A DNA stretch of 58,822 nt, the filler included, from Sphacelaria rigidula (lineage: Eukaryota), in the NCBI GenBank assembly GCA_964200075.2. It is 8 parts of 8 records of this genome, joined end to end, with 100 filler letters (N's around TTAATTAATTAA, not from the genome) between each part and the next. Parts side by side here need not be neighbours in the genome. Positions count along the whole stretch, not along the records: positions 1 to 7,266 come from CAXNAA020015703.1; positions 7,367 to 14,632 come from CAXNAA020015704.1; 6 more parts are not named here. One strand, written 5' to 3'. The notes below the pieces were generated by a model that did not search any database, was not told the DNA's origin, and worked only from the letters and a program-made list of their open reading frames with translations. Position 1 is the stretch's first letter. Every line of letters starts with the position of its first letter. Both the position numbers and the translations under genes were made by a program. Positions 1 through 13,248 of this stretch are shown here, piece after piece.

Positions 1-489
1 CGTTCGGCCCGAAGCCTACTGATTATCTTGCACTTGGATGACAGCCAACAATGAGTTGCTTTATTCTGTGGTATCCCCACTTCGAGAGACAGCCACAGCT
101 TTTACGCTGCCTCATGGGTGTCTAACCTAGGGGGAGGGGGAGGGGGGGGGGCTTACGCAGCGGCCGCATGACCTTATGTGCTGCTGCAAAAACCTTCGAC
201 AACTTCTTTGGTTCGCTGCAGAAGCGTGTCAGTGGTAGCGTGGGCATAGCTGACAGGGTTGGTCCGGGTACTGCTATCGCGGCATCAGTCGCATATGACA
301 TGAATCATTATAAGTTGTTATTCCGACGTGTCGTTTCATGGAGCGCAACTCTCCGGTGGCGCAGCCTTTTCGCAGGAGGAGTGAGCAAATAAGAGCGTGA
401 AGGGCGCGAACCCCTTCAGAGCCAAATCCGCGATAAACCAAATTTCAGATATTGTACTCTCGCACGTAACACGAGACTTCAAATATAGG

Positions 490-975
490 ACGGCACATGC
501 GTATGGGTGCCTAGAGCGGTTCTTGTAGCCATGCTTTTGACAGCCTTGGTGATTTCAAGTTGTGTCCTGTGGTACAGTTGTTCTGAATATACTGTATACA
601 ATACCACCAGCACGAGTCGTCCCCGCATGTTCGCGGGAGTTTTCGGGAAAACTGCGGCAGCGTACGCTGCAGTCCGCAGACAGTACGGTACAGTGTAGCA
701 CAGCACGCATCTGGGTGCCTAGGGCGATTGTTTTGGCTGTTTTTGTTTTTGTTTTCGAACTAAGCTATTGACGACCTGTCTGCTGTTTCATGTATTGTTC
801 TGCGGTACACTTGGCCTGAATATATGATTCAGTACGAAGACCGCTTCAAACAGCACCGCCAGTGCTGCAAGAGTCACCCCCGCATGTTCGCGCGAGTCTT
901 CGGAAACACTCCGGCAACGCGCGCTGCAGCCATCGGACAGTACAGCACAGCACAGCGCAGCATAGTATTGTTTAA
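490..975. repeat. Degenerate tandem duplication (about 210-260 bp unit)
   Basis: tgggtgcctag(a/g)gcg occurs at ~504 and ~712. gagtc...ccccgcatgttcgcg.gagt.ttcgg.aa.act...gacagtac occurs at ~615 and ~872. Confidence 0.6.
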
Positions 976-1039
976 TCTGTACAGCAGACAACAGACAACA
1001 GTAATACGAAACCGTCCATTCTTGCTGTGTGAATCACAG

Positions 1040-1310
1040 GGACATGTTGCATTTCTCCCGTTTGATCGTGCCGCATGAATCACGTGATTCATGTACATGT
1101 TTCCCATCTTCCATTTTCACGAAGTGAATAAAGCGTATATGTATCTCCCCCCTTTCATTCATGCAGCATAAATCATACGTACATGTTCCTCACCTTACAC
1201 GAGGTGAATCAAGCGTTTATGATTCCCAAATGCCTTTCATGCGACATGAATCATACGTACATGTTTCCCTCCCATAATTTATACAGGAATGGTGGTTCGT
1301 ACATATTTTA
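1040..1310. repeat. Degenerate minisatellite (tgaatcatacgtacatgtttccc-like units)
   Basis: Several imperfect copies of (tg)aatca..cgtacatgtt(t)cc are spaced about 40 bp apart. Confidence 0.55.
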
Positions 1311-1743
1311 TCCTCTTGATGCGCGCGACACTACTTGGAGTATACACTTTCCCAATTCGAGTTCGGGCGGTATGATCTTGAACGTGGGTCTTCACCCATA
1401 ATTCGTACCGGATGACCCTTTGGTACATGACTCGCATTCAACCTTCATGCGGAGTCAATCCGTATGAACTCGGATTTGTCCGAACCGTGTTGCATTGCAT
1501 AGCACAATATTGATTTTAGTATGACAGCACACAATGAGAAACTGCCCTCGCGGTAGGTGATCTTCCGTGGGTGGGGAGAGAGAGCATATCATAGTGTTGG
1601 CGGGTCCTGTCATTTGGCGTCGTCTTGCGTGCGCCACCATACCCGTCTGTCTGTTGGCGTGTTTCGTCGTGTGTGTTCGTATGGGTTTGTTTGATGATGT
1701 CTGAACACGCCTGGCTGCTTTTGCTCTCATTTGGCAATCGCAG

Positions 1744-1892
1744 GTCTGGAGCTTGCCCGCCAGTCATATCTCTTTCAGGTTTTCAGCGACACGCTGGACT
1801 CTCTGGTGATGAAGTCTAGGGCTGAGGGGACGTACGACGAGGGCATCTGCGAAATCAAGGGGCGCGTGCTCACCTTTCAAGGCGATCCTGAG
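1744..1892 (+). CDS. Internal exon of an uncharacterised multi-exon gene (contig 1 gene, first exon seen)
   Basis: Acceptor ...ggcaatcgcag|, donor |gtacgg. Reads GLELARQSYLFQVFSDTLDSLVMKSRAEGTYDEGICEIKGRVLTFQGDPE. Ends in phase 0, compatible with the next exon. No family recognised. Confidence 0.7.
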
Positions 1893-3065
1893 GTACGGTA
1901 TGTTGTGGTGGTGGATGGTGTATTGTCCAGTAGTAAAAGTCGACGTTTCAACACTGGATTCTTCACTTGATCGAGGTGTTTGTCGCAGGCGATTTGTCAT
2001 GGTTCACGCTGAAGTTGGAGCATCGGTAGGCGTTGGTGGACTAGATAAGTCGTGCACAGGACACATTTATCACTTACTTTTGTCGGGGAAATACGGAGCA
2101 AAATTCTGTTTCTTAATGAGGGAGTGCTACTGACCGTATTTTTACGAAAACACGGATTTTCGGTTGTAGCGCAATGAAGAAGTAACTGGGAATTTCCAAT
2201 ATGAGCCATGAAATTACTGTTCGTCACAACGATTGAAACTGGCTCCATCGAGCAAAATTATTTCCAAGAACGAGAACCTGGGTTTGCGTACGCGGAGAGG
2301 ACCCTCGAGCGTGAGTAGCTCGAAAAAATGGATGTCGTAATGTGCCTTTTATACGGGATTTTTGTTGGGTACTGTTATCCATAGACTCCCCAAGTTCAGG
2401 ATCAAACCTTCACCGTGGTATCGTGATCAGTCTTGGTAACGGAAAAACTTGAAAATATATTTCGATGGGAAATGTGGTGTTCCGGTATGGCCTTTTGTAT
2501 GTATGGTGCACACAAGGCTACTACAATTCAGTACTCTAGAGTAGTTTGTACTAGGGTGTGACGCGGTGCGCTGTTATTCACTGTACCGTTTTGCGTGATC
2601 CCCCACACACCGTGCACGTACGTCTGCCAAATTTACTGATCACAATACACAAACGTTTATTGTCTTCATGGAAATCGACGATCCTCTCAGTATACCCACC
2701 GTAATTCATGTACGAAACATGCTCAGATTCCATATCTTGAGATTAGTTGTCTCTGCCCTGATATGGTGTCCCTTGCCAAGCACATACGTATGAAAAGTTG
2801 ACGTCAATTCCTATGTTGAAGGACAACCTTGCCCCTCCCCATTGTCAACTAGGTTGTAATGTTTGTCATTTTCCAACTGACAAATTTTGACCCCTGATCA
2901 TACACGCGGAGACAACCACACGCGCCGCAATCTCAACTCGAGTTTTTGTCCGATTTTCCATGCGTTGGCGAAATTGTTCCTGCATCAGTTCATCGTTACT
3001 TTTGTCGAGCAAGGGAATCCCGTTTCCGTTCTCGCTGGTCGTTCGTCAACACACACGAAAAACAG

Positions 3066-3509
3066 GTGGTGCACGAGAGCGTAATCACGACGGTTGGCAT
3101 CTCCGCTGACAGCGCTGACAACGACAAGAAGAAAGATGTACACAACGGAATCGGGAGAGCGGGCATCGGGCGTAACTGTTCGGACGGCATTATGATCGTG
3201 AGCCAAGCAGAGCTCAAGGCCGGCAAGCGGGCGGGGTTGGCGGAGGCCGCGGCGGCGGCCCAGAAGGCCCTCAACAGGGGCGGCATGCCGGTAGTCGTGC
3301 CCGGTGAGAGCAAGAAGGCGGAGAGCAAGACTAATATCCTAGAAAAATCGTCACCTCGGCTTTCATCTGGAGGCGGTGGTGGTAGTGGCGGTAGTGACGC
3401 GGGAAGTGGGGAGGGAGAGGTAGCCAAGCAGGCAGAAGCCGGTGCGGCGGTTAAGGGGGGTGGTGTTCGGCGTACGCTTATTGTGCCTACTCTACGGTAC
3501 AACATCGAG
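3066..3509 (+). CDS. Internal exon of the contig 1 gene (148 codons, Gly/Ala-rich middle)
   Basis: Acceptor aaaacag|GTG, donor GAG|gtaagc. 444 nt, phase 0/0, GC3-rich codons (VVHESVITTVG...RRTLIVPTLRYNIE). Confidence 0.8.
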
Positions 3510-4214
3510 GTAAGCTGAGCTCTATTATTACTGTTGTCGGACTTTTGTCGTGCCATGGGACGGCTGTGTATGTGTCGCGAGAGTTGTGTCGGATTGTATT
3601 ATGTTTCGGTATATTTACGAATTGACTGCTGTGGGGCGTGGCTGCGGCAGCTGCTGCCGCCTGGAAAACACTGTAATTCAGGTCGTGTGTTGTGGTGTAT
3701 ATGCTTCGATTCGTGTCGGTGTTTTTCTGTGTGAATTTGTCTATCTCGTCGGAGCTGTCCTTTTATGTTTCTGTTTCTCCCGTTGAGTATTTGATTATTT
3801 ACTTTACACCAAGTACACTTTCACGGTACGGCACATTTACTGTAGAACGATCTGCCCGTTGCACACTACATGATTTTACGGACAGAACGTTCTGTTCACT
3901 ATCGTGCGCGCGCGCACGCACACACTGCGCCCATCTCTCCGTGCCTATTGCGCGTTTCGTGCATACACGAGGTTTGCAAAGTATTGCCCAAAAGAAGATA
4001 CAGTACACGCTGGGGTTCAGGGCGCCTTTCACTTTCTCAATTGTGAATCGTCCAAATCTTCAGCTCAACTCGTGCCATGTGCAAGGATTATCCCGGCGGA
4101 GAGATTAGGGTGCGATGAAAAACATGCTCCTTTTTTGTTTTTTGTCCAACGCACAATACGAACGAGATGAAATGAAATGACAACAGGGCCTGAAACAAAC
4201 GTCCCTTTTAACAG

Positions 4215-4337
4215 GTAGATCGCGGGGTCCCATTCGAGATGTGTCTGAGCCTCAAGTCCGACGCAGACAAGGCGGCGACCGAGGAGATCGCTCGCTTGGA
4301 GAAGTTGGAGAAGAAGATTAAGGCCGCACAAGAAGAG
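4215..4337 (+). CDS. Internal exon of the contig 1 gene (coiled-coil-like)
   Basis: Acceptor ttttaacag|, donor GAG|gtgagt. 123 nt, phase 0/0. Reads VDRGVPFEMCLSLKSDADKAATEEIARLEKLEKKIKAAQEE. Confidence 0.8.
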
Positions 4338-5124
4338 GTGAGTTTGAGAGCAATCAGTAGCGTGTTGAACTCCCCTGCTTATATCTTTAAAAATATATAT
4401 TTTTCATTCATGCTCTTCCATTCACATGTGCGTTTCAACGTGCGCATTTTTTCGTTCCCTTGATTTCTGTCCCAGCGGATATTCTGCAGAGTTTGAGAAA
4501 ATATTTTTGGCGTATTCAGAAGAGGGGTCTGGCCAATGGGAAGCGAAGGAGAGGGGAAAATTGTGTGGGGAGAAATACGGGCGAAAAATACACTGTGGGG
4601 GAAATTATACGCAAGTGAAGTACAGGCTGGTTCCACTTTTTGACGGGGGGAAAGTTCTTACGGATCAAACAGCTCGAGTGGCAGCAAAACACAGCTACAA
4701 GAAAAGTAGGTTCATTTCTACCGTACAGTGGTCCCGGAGTGCTCCGCGCGGTCTGATCGACCATTCGAGCACTTTTTTCGTCATTTTGCACGATGTCGTC
4801 GTATCCGATATGGCCTGGTGGCGGGAGTTAGCGAATAGATAAATGAAAATAATTGTTATATAAAATAAAATAAAAATGGTGTGCGCGTTGCTGACACCAC
4901 CACTAGGGCGAGAACAACTATGTGTGTTTCGACGCCCAACTCGTTGTCGTTCGACAATTATGCTTGAAACGAATATTGAATATTAGGGGAAATGCGTACA
5001 AAAAACGTGCCGGATTTCCAACCTGTCGGGATATTTATACATGAAACGTATAACGGATTCTTCACTCGAGTTTTGGCAGTGAAGACGTGAAATTTTTAGC
5101 AAAGGGGCGCGATGAAGGGCATCG

Positions 5125-5622
5125 TTTGGCCAACTCTAATGGGAGCCGTTCGAAAATCCTGTTGAGAACTACCTTTTGGATGATTCTCCGTCGTTTTACG
5201 CCCGAAAAGAGAGCTACTGTAGGCGCGGATGTTAACGCCTTGACGCCTTGGAGTGTCTTGCTCTACTCGTTCAGACCATTTCAGGGTATTTTTGCGTTCC
5301 CAGGTGGCCGCAGTTTTCTTTTTGCCCAAGGTTGCATTTTCAATTCAAAACGGTTAGGTAATCAAAATACGGACAGTTCTCCCTCTGTTGATATTTTTTT
5401 CCAACTGACCGCCTGTTTTTGAAAAATTCTAGTTTTGCCAAAAATAAACTGCGGCCAGCGGGAAACGCAAAGTTGCCCTGGAACGGTCTTAACGAGTAGA
5501 GTAAGTCATTCAAAGGTTTCAACATGCGTCTAGCCCTCTTTTCGGGCGTAAAACGACGGAGAAGGGCCCAAAACGCGGTGTTGAACAGGATTTTGAGCTG
5601 CTCCCATCAGAGTTGACGGTGA
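5125..5622. mobile_element. Foldback/MITE, long imperfect inverted repeat (family shared with 35374-35800)
   Basis: The left arm ccaactctaatgggagc...tctccgtcgttttacgcccgaaaagag is the reverse complement of the right arm ctcttttcgggcgtaaaacgacggaga...gctcccatcagagttg. The arms run almost to the centre near 5380. Confidence 0.75.
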
Positions 5623-6247
5623 TTTATTTATTTTTTCGCAATTCCGGAGATGAGGTGATGAAAAAAATCCCTGGGAATTCAGTCAAATGAGCTCATCCTG
5701 AAAACACGCACTCGCACGCACGCATTGCTAAAAGATGAAAATCACTTCCAACACTCTTTTCTTGTCCACAAAACCTCTCTCCCGTAGTCCCCCCCAGAAT
5801 ATTGAATAAAAGCAAGAGCTCATCCCCGTCTCCTGGCGAATAACACTCACACACTCACACGCACTCCCGAACAGGCCGGAGATGCGGAGGCCCTTTCCTC
5901 CGTGAAGAAGAAGAAACACAAAAATCCGGATGCACGTGCCCGACGCAAGGACCTCGCAAGGGTCAAGGGGAACCTGAGTCGCGCTCGGCATCACGTGTGT
6001 GGATTCTGGTTCTCCAAGCAGCCGTTCGCGGGTGTGAGCGGCTTCAAGCGCCGTGTTTTGCTGGTGAGGACTGAGAAGCGCAGGCGTGTGGAAAGGGTGT
6101 CTTGTCATGTGCTTCCCTGTAGTTTTTTTTTTTTTTACTCAAAGGAAGTGGACCCAACGCATACCCCATGTTGATTGAGTTGTTTGTCGCGGTTCACTGA
6201 TCAACAACTGCGCACGTCGAACAGCTCATGAGCTACCTGGATATTAC

Positions 6248-6685
6248 CATGGGTATACACGTTACACGTGACGTATTAACGTGACGCATTCGAAAAAACA
6301 TAACTTTGGGCCAATTAACGCTACGTGAGGTTTGATTTTTTGGACGGAACAAATGTGAAGTAACGTGATGTAACGTGTGGTCCTTCGCATGAACCCCACC
6401 ATAGCGTTTTACTTTCCAAATGTGACGAAAACTCTTGCATTTTTTCGTGAATTTGTAGCGTGTCGCGTGTCACGTGTCACGTAAGAAAAGAGTACAAAAA
6501 CAGCTTCTTTTTTTTTCACGTCTGGGAAATCCCGAGAGACACTGCTTCAACGTCCACACGTTGCATCACGTTACGTTACATTTGTCCCGTCCAAAAAACC
6601 AAACCTTTCGTAGCGTTAATTGGTCCAAAGTTACGTTGTTCCCGGTTTTTCCAAATGTGTCACGTGTGTAACGTGTATATCCTTG
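6248..6685. mobile_element. Non-autonomous hAT-like MITE with 8-bp TSD
   Basis: Ends CATGGGTATACACGTTACAC...GTGTAACGTGTATATCCTTG, with inverted arms of about 130 bp. Exact direct repeat GATATTAC at 6240-6247 and 6686-6693. An 8-bp TSD with CA..TG ends is typical of hAT. Confidence 0.85.
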
Positions 6686-7266
6686 GATATTACTTGTTAT
6701 TAGAGTACTGATCCGGATCATGAGCTAGCTCATTTGGTCACTATTTCCGTATTAGCTCCCGACAGCGATGGACGCCAAGCATGTGTTGCACCGGGAAGGT
6801 AACGCTCTGGCTCCTCGGAGAGCGCTGTCACATGCTTTGCGTTTTTGTACAAAAAATCTGAGAGTTCTCTCCGATCAGTTATTTGGGGTAGCTAATGACG
6901 TGTCCGACGTGTGAATAGTTGCAATAGACGAAAAACGTGCTGCGTTAAGTATAGGCGTATACTTAACGCTTCGGGAACCGATTGACGAGTTTTATTTTTG
7001 TGAATCGGCACCATATTGACTTGAAAATGAGTGAAAATGATGCCGATTCACAAAAACAAAAACCATCAATGGGTTCCAAAAGGGTTAACGCAGTACGTTT
7101 TTTTTTGTCTCTTGCAGTTATTGACCATATTTTGTCCAAGGTGAGGAGAATTGAGCGGTGGTTTTATGAGTCATGAGATGGATGTAGAAGCCAACGGAAA
7201 TACTGGCTGAATAAAATACATCCGGCACCCGAGGGGGGGGGGGGTGTACTCATGATCATGCATGCC

Positions 7267-7366
7267 NNNNNNNNNNNNNNNNNNNNNNNNNNNNNNNNNN
7301 NNNNNNNNNNTTAATTAATTAANNNNNNNNNNNNNNNNNNNNNNNNNNNNNNNNNNNNNNNNNNNN
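7267..7366. other. Artificial contig linker (N44-TTAATTAATTAA-N44). Identical linkers lie at 14633-14732, 21999-22098, 29364-29463, 36729-36828, 44094-44193 and 51459-51558
   Basis: Each gap is 100 nt with a six-frame-stop spacer. The intervening contigs are 7266-7264 bp, in descending order. Confidence 0.97.
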
Positions 7367-9280
7367 GAAGTTAAACCTCAATTCTCACAATTTGTTGTTA
7401 GTGGTAAAAATGGTGTCTTTGCGCGCGATTTTGTACACCTCAGAGATGTTTGGTGGTGGCAGCGTGCAAACTGGGACCAGAAGGTCGGTCGAAAAAGGGG
7501 CGGGGCAAACAAACCGTGAGTAAAGAATGACTGAGCGGCACAGTGCTTTCCGCTTGTTGTTTGCGAGCCCGGTCGTGATGGAAGTAGCTGGCGAGGATCC
7601 CGCGCAGTTGGGCTTCTGCCGGAGAGCCGACCAAACATGGTGGTGCAAGCAGCGATGGAATAGACGACGAGTAGGGATGCCAAGGTCAGTATCCACATGT
7701 GAGTCGTGCCTGTGCATGTGGCCTCAGAGATTGCTGTTGTGAGTTCACTCAGTCCAGAAGACATCGACATCGCCCTCCTTCAAGCTTGTTACTGCAGATC
7801 CTGGGATACGCATGGTTGATTTAGGAAGCGTTCCCTAAGGATCGGGGGAACCCGCCTCCCCTCTCCTGAAAAGGTCGCGACCCCTGCACTGTTGGCCGGC
7901 AATATTTATCCAAAACGATGCTGAAGCCCAAACGGTCCAAATATCTCGGTGGTGCATTCTACCCTCTCCATTCCCGACCCGTTATTCCTACAAGCTACAC
8001 TCAACTCTACACGAGCCATTTTCCGCAACTTCGGTTGGTCCCAGTGTTGAAATCATCCGTCGAGGGTTGTATATGCAGTTCCGATCCACCAATGGATACT
8101 ATTGGCCTGGAGTAGCTGCTCACACGTAGGGCAAAACGGCGTATACACTTTCAATATCGGCTGGCGAGAAACCTGGAATTTCCCCCTCCGAGGGAAGGGG
8201 GGGGGGCAGGGCTAGGTATCAACACTTGACGCGCACGCCGGTATCCTTGAGGGTTATTCCGTTTTTCTATTATTTCATATTTATTCCATTATTTTATGTC
8301 ATGGAGACCGATCGTTTCTCGTTCTTCTCGTTAGCCTTGCTCTCTTTTCCTTTCCCTTTCATGTTTTCCCTGTGTCCCTCGATTTTTTTCAGTTTACTCC
8401 ATTCGCCCTCTCTTTTTGACTTCCCCCCTTTAATTTTGCTTCCGCGAATGCTTGCGCTTATATTATCTTGGGTACGCCACCTTGTGACCACGGCTGGATC
8501 CTTCTCCGGTCAGTTTATGTGCGGTCAGTTTATGTGCGACAATGACACCTGGCCTGACTTTCCACCACAAAAGGTGGATTCTGGTCTCTGGGAGCTCGAC
8601 CCCTCAAATATACGTCGGAGTGGACAGCCATCTGGCTTCTTACTCCAACCGAGATCGCGGCGCTGCGGACGGTCATCAAGCAGGATCGATCGTTCATTTC
8701 AGCCTCCCCGCCCCCCGGAATAAGGGCGAAACACCGCCCTTTTCCGACCGAGTGATATTTTTCGGCCATTCGCCCATGCAGAGTTGTGCCCGAACAAAAA
8801 AAAACACTTGATCTAAAAACCGTAGAATATTCCAAGATGATCACGACGTACGTCATCGAGTACGGTCAAGGCCCGTGTAATCGTACTGTAACGGATTTTT
8901 TTACCATCGCACGAAGGAAATATAGCCTTGCGCAGATTACTCTACATATTGCCGACGGTGAGGCCAGATAACAGCCCACATTGATTGACCTCTGCCCTAT
9001 TTTCTCCAAGTAACATGCATCAAAGGTCATCCAAAAAAAGAGCGCGAATGCATCGCTGCACACTAGAAAAAGTGACACCAGAAGTACCTGATAGCCACGG
9101 GCCGCAGATACTCAATCCACTCTCGAGAGGCCCAGTCACAATTATACCGAAGGACTGATGCCGTAATAGCACCCCTCCTAACGAAAAGTGGCTGCTTTGA
9201 GAATGATTAGGCTGAGCACAGTGAGCAACTTGAAACTCGCACCCACGAATCAGAATTATGAGGCTGAGCACGCCGTGTGC

Positions 9281-9282
<2 letters not shown>

Positions 9283-9333
<51 letters not shown>

Positions 9334-9595
9334 TGTGTTTGTGTGTTTGTGTGTGTGTGCGTATGTGTGTGTCTTGTGTGTTGACATCCCATCTATTCTG
9401 GGCGCCGGTCGACGCCTTTCGGTATATGTGGGCGCACCAGCCAGGGTCACACAGGAGGAAGGTCAACGCAGGAGCTCTTCATTTTATTTGTTTTTCAGTA
9501 CCCCACCTTCCTTCCGCGGTGCTTGTCTTTACATTTCATCGCGAGAAAGGTTTGGCAGTCCCTTTCCCTCGTCGACCGTTAAGTCGCTTTGTTTT
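9283..9595 (-). mobile_element. SINE family 1, 5'-truncated copy with an expanded (CA)n tail
   Basis: Shares the body ...tatatgtgggcgcaccagcc.gggtcacacaggaggaagg...cctcgtcgaccgt with the other copies. The (GT)n run at 9283-9380 sits in the tail position. Confidence 0.8.
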
Positions 9596-11869
9596 TTTGC
9601 CGAGAAGCTGGTAAATTGCACGTTCGGGATCATTTTCGCCGGTGTCGCCCGTATGAGGTGCCTCATGCGGTCTGATCCCAGTCATCATGCATGCGTTGTA
9701 TTATCATTTTCTTCGCGACGGTTCAAGAGTTTGTTCGAGGGAGGGGCTATCGCGGCATCACTCGTTGATTTAACCGCACCAAACGACGAGATCGGTCGAT
9801 TTGTACGAGAGTACTGTAAAAGGAAGAGGTTAGCGAACAAGGCGTTCTTATCAACGTATTAGTTCGGTGTATGTGTTGTGAGGGAGTTTCGCATGTGTTT
9901 TGCAGTTCCAAGGCAAAATGCCAAAACTGTACTCCCTCATGATATAAACGTCGACGAAGGCTACGCTGGGAAAACGAAAAAATGTTTTCCCGAAGCTCTC
10001 GAAAATGTTTTGAGGCGTTTTTTGAGCGGTGGTGAGCTCTGCCGGCTGGTAATTGAAAGAGACGTCGATCGATCTGGTTCTCTCGATATGTGAAAAGCTG
10101 TTTGCTGTGGTGGAACTCGCCATTATATTCTAGTCATCGTTCACAAGCTTTGTGTTATTCCCACATTTTCCAGCGGAAACTCGCGGTTCCACGTCCTGGT
10201 GCTGGAAAAATCGCTTTTGACACGTGTGGTTAGAGTAGGCAACTTGTGTTGGAGTGATTATTTTGATTCACTTGCGTGACGTCCGCATGGTACCGCGCAA
10301 ACAATGGGGCACACCGCCAAAAACCTACAGACCTCAACTCTGCAATGCCACTAACCCTTTCTTTCTGTCATTACTTTCGTTTTCTCACTGCATGCCTCGA
10401 AACACATGGTTTTTGGGTCAACAACATGATGCAACCTATTATGAAACCGATGGTCTTTCAGAAGTGCACGACTGTACAAAGAAGATGCCTATAGAGGTTT
10501 CGCTTTTTTGTTGGTCAGCGGAAAATATATGAGCCCCTGCCTCCCAAGGTTCCACGCGTGCTTCGCGGTGCTCTGGCAAGATGCCATTAAATAACACCGC
10601 CGACCAGGGGTTGACCTCCAATCGTGCGCGCACGCCCGTGTCTACTCAAGCAAGGGTACTCAGTGTCACCTGTGCTACTTTCCAAGTACCGTTGGGTCAA
10701 ACACATACAATGTAACCGCCCTCCTTTAATTTTACGTCAATCCCGTGAGAGCTGGAGGATTGATCAAATACCCGTCATGAAACCAGAGCGTCGATTGCGC
10801 TCCTACTGACCGTACCTATAACTACCTACGACCGAAGCCACTACTTCACTCGGCGAGGACTGGACCACCGAAGGAGTCCAATCTAGCCCGAGTCTTGACA
10901 CATCAAGGGTATTGTGTCACGTCTCATAAATGCCCCCCCTCCCCCCCTGTCTTCCTTCCATCCTGCCAACCTAGCGTAGTGCGTGCACTTCGCCAGAGGG
11001 GGAATTCGTCCCGTCGTCTGCGAGAGGATCAGGCCACCCCCACTTGCGTAAAGAAAGCATTGAGGACATCAGTATTCACACGAGTGAAGGGGTTGAGGCG
11101 CATGTGATGGAAGTTGTATCCGGTGGTCGCCGTTTTACGATAAAGGTCCACTCCGAAGAACAGATCGTGGATGTTGCACCTGCGTGGGTAGTTCAGCGCA
11201 CAAAACAACCGACCATTGTTTGGGCGAGTTTGCTGGTATCGATCGGTTGAAGACAGTAGCTTCTGTGCCTATGATATTGGAGTCTTTCTATGATAGCTCC
11301 CCCATAAAGTCAGCCCAAAGCTGCCACAAAGAAAATAGTCATACATCGCCTGATGTTTGGTTTCAGGCTCCATGAAGCGCCTCATATGGGCGGCATTGGC
11401 GAAAACGAACCCGTGCGTAGGAATTCTCAGCTGCTCGTTGTGCTCGGCTTTTTTCATGTCGATTCACGTGTAGACTTTGCCTCCCCAAACCCGCCACTTT
11501 TTTGGGGGGGGGCGTTATCGTAGAAAGACTCATTGGTATTATTCCCGTTGAAAAGTGCCTAACTATATTCTGCTTCAGAGTCTCAACCGTGACGTGCCGC
11601 TGGGCCAAATTGCTTCGAATCCAAACTGGAGATCATCTGAATTCGTTGAACATTCCGGTGGACGTACATGTCGTAGGGCGCACCAATGCCCTAGACATTG
11701 GATAATCAATCAACCAACTCGTTATTTTCACTTGTCGCATTCTATCCCAGCGACACCGTGCGTTTACTGATATGTAGTAATACTTGACAGCACGTAGCAC
11801 CCATGCCTTCCGACCTTTAACTGCAAGAGTGTGTGTTTATGTAGGTTCCCTACTGTGTGGTATACCCGA

Positions 11870-12075
11870 TGTAATGCGTGAGAGGACCGCGTGCTTAAAG
11901 GACCGCATCGGAATTCGAACATCCCCATGGTTAGGGTTAGGGTCAGGGTTAGTGTTGGGGTTACGATCGGGGGCATGGTACCTGCAGGGACTATTGGCCT
12001 GATTGGTTTTGAAAAACATCAATCCTGACGTGTTTTGAACTACAGCGCAGTCCTCCAAACACGCGGTCCTCTCAC
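11870..12075 (+). mobile_element. Telomere-repeat MITE, copy A (right TIR lacks its last few bases)
   Basis: TGTAATGCGTGAGAGGACCGCGTGCTTAAAGGACCGC...ggttagggttagggtcagggttagtgttggggtta...cacgcggtcctctcac. Confidence 0.85.
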
Positions 12076-12563
12076 TGAAAAAACATCGGCCAGTTATGGG
12101 CACACTTTACAGGACAGAACATGGACCTGACATTTACTTATCCACATGTTTTCTGTCAAGTTTCACTCACTTGTAGTTTTTGAAAGCGTGGACCTTCTGA
12201 GTGTACGATGCGTCTGACGGGGCTTCCGTGATCTTGTCATGGACTAGAGTGAAATACCGCGTGCTGATCATCGGACCATTGTTGACCTTTCGCGAGTATC
12301 GACAGCAAGGGAGACGTGGCGTCAGCGGGCGCGAGCGTGAGAGCGTGAGTGGCGATCAAATGGCACCAGGACGATTGAAAGCACTGTCATGTTTTGTTCA
12401 TGTTTTAAGCAAGTGACACCTCCGAGGTGTACAGCTGGTGCGGTTCCCAAGTCGCGTTCGGCCACTTCGGGTTGTTGCAAAGCGTTCCAGCGCACCCACA
12501 CGCTCGAGGCACAGTCAGCAGGTTGGGCGATTACACACGCGGCCATTTGGCCACCCCCCACCA

Positions 12564-12812
12564 TGCCTCCGGAGGGATGCGCGGCCCTCCAGGGGGAAAA
12601 CAAGCCTTCGGAGGCCTTCGATCCCTCTGGAGGAAATCAAACACTACCGACCCGGAGGGCCGCGCACTCCCCGGAGGGGTTTGGGGGTTTACGCGGCCCT
12701 CCAGAGGCAAAATAAGCCTCCGGAGGCGTTTAATCCCTCTGGAGGAAACAAAAAAATCTCCTCTGGAGGACCGCGTATCCCTCCGGAGGCGTTTCAGTCA
12801 TCTGGAGGCTCG
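12564..12812. repeat. Array of CCTC(C/T)GGAGG short palindromes in a ~115-bp higher-order repeat
   Basis: About a dozen variants of cctccggagg/cctctggagg/cctccagagg. The block cgcggccctccag.gg.aaaa.aagcct.cggaggc.tt..atccctctggaggaaa occurs twice. Confidence 0.7.
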
Positions 12813-13248
12813 AAACGTTGACCCACCTGGTGGAATTTTGGAGGTAGTCAATTGGCTGCGTGTGTAGTCATTCGAGTCAAAGTTGTATCAATTGGGTGCT
12901 AGTATTGGAAATACGATCTCAAATACCCGTCAGGTGTGCAGCAGGCACCACTTGTGACAGATCTTGTCTACAGTTATTTGGATGCCGGCTGAACTCGCAT
13001 CAAGGTCACGCGACCCTTACTTTGTTCTTCGTGAGGAAGCATGACATGGTCATTTCTGCACAAGTGTACACTTGTGGACTCCATCGATGCGATATCATCG
13101 TTCAGTGTCTTTCAGCATTCGGTAGACCGTCGACAAGTGGGACCTGTTTGTGAGAAATCCAATTCATTAGATACACAGTTTTTAGGACCTTCATCGGCAG
13201 AACTAGTTACGGTTCGGCATGAGCAGCAACACAGCAAGTAGAAGGTAA

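Noticed and set aside
7311-7322. TTAATTAATTAA palindrome recurring about every 7365 bp
   Set aside because: It is an artificial six-frame-stop linker inside N gaps, not a biological periodic element.
9188-9862. 224-aa ORF with a (CV)n run and overlapping (HT)n ORFs
   Set aside because: These are translations of a (GT)n microsatellite and SINE body.
8780-11770. Scattered protein-like ORF fragments in contig 2
   Set aside because: No motif or consistent splice chain could be established. They may be decayed mobile DNA, but this is unsupported.
12564-12812. Possible CRISPR-like array
   Set aside because: The repeats are only 10 bp, spacers are short and partly duplicated, there are no cas genes, and the context is eukaryotic.
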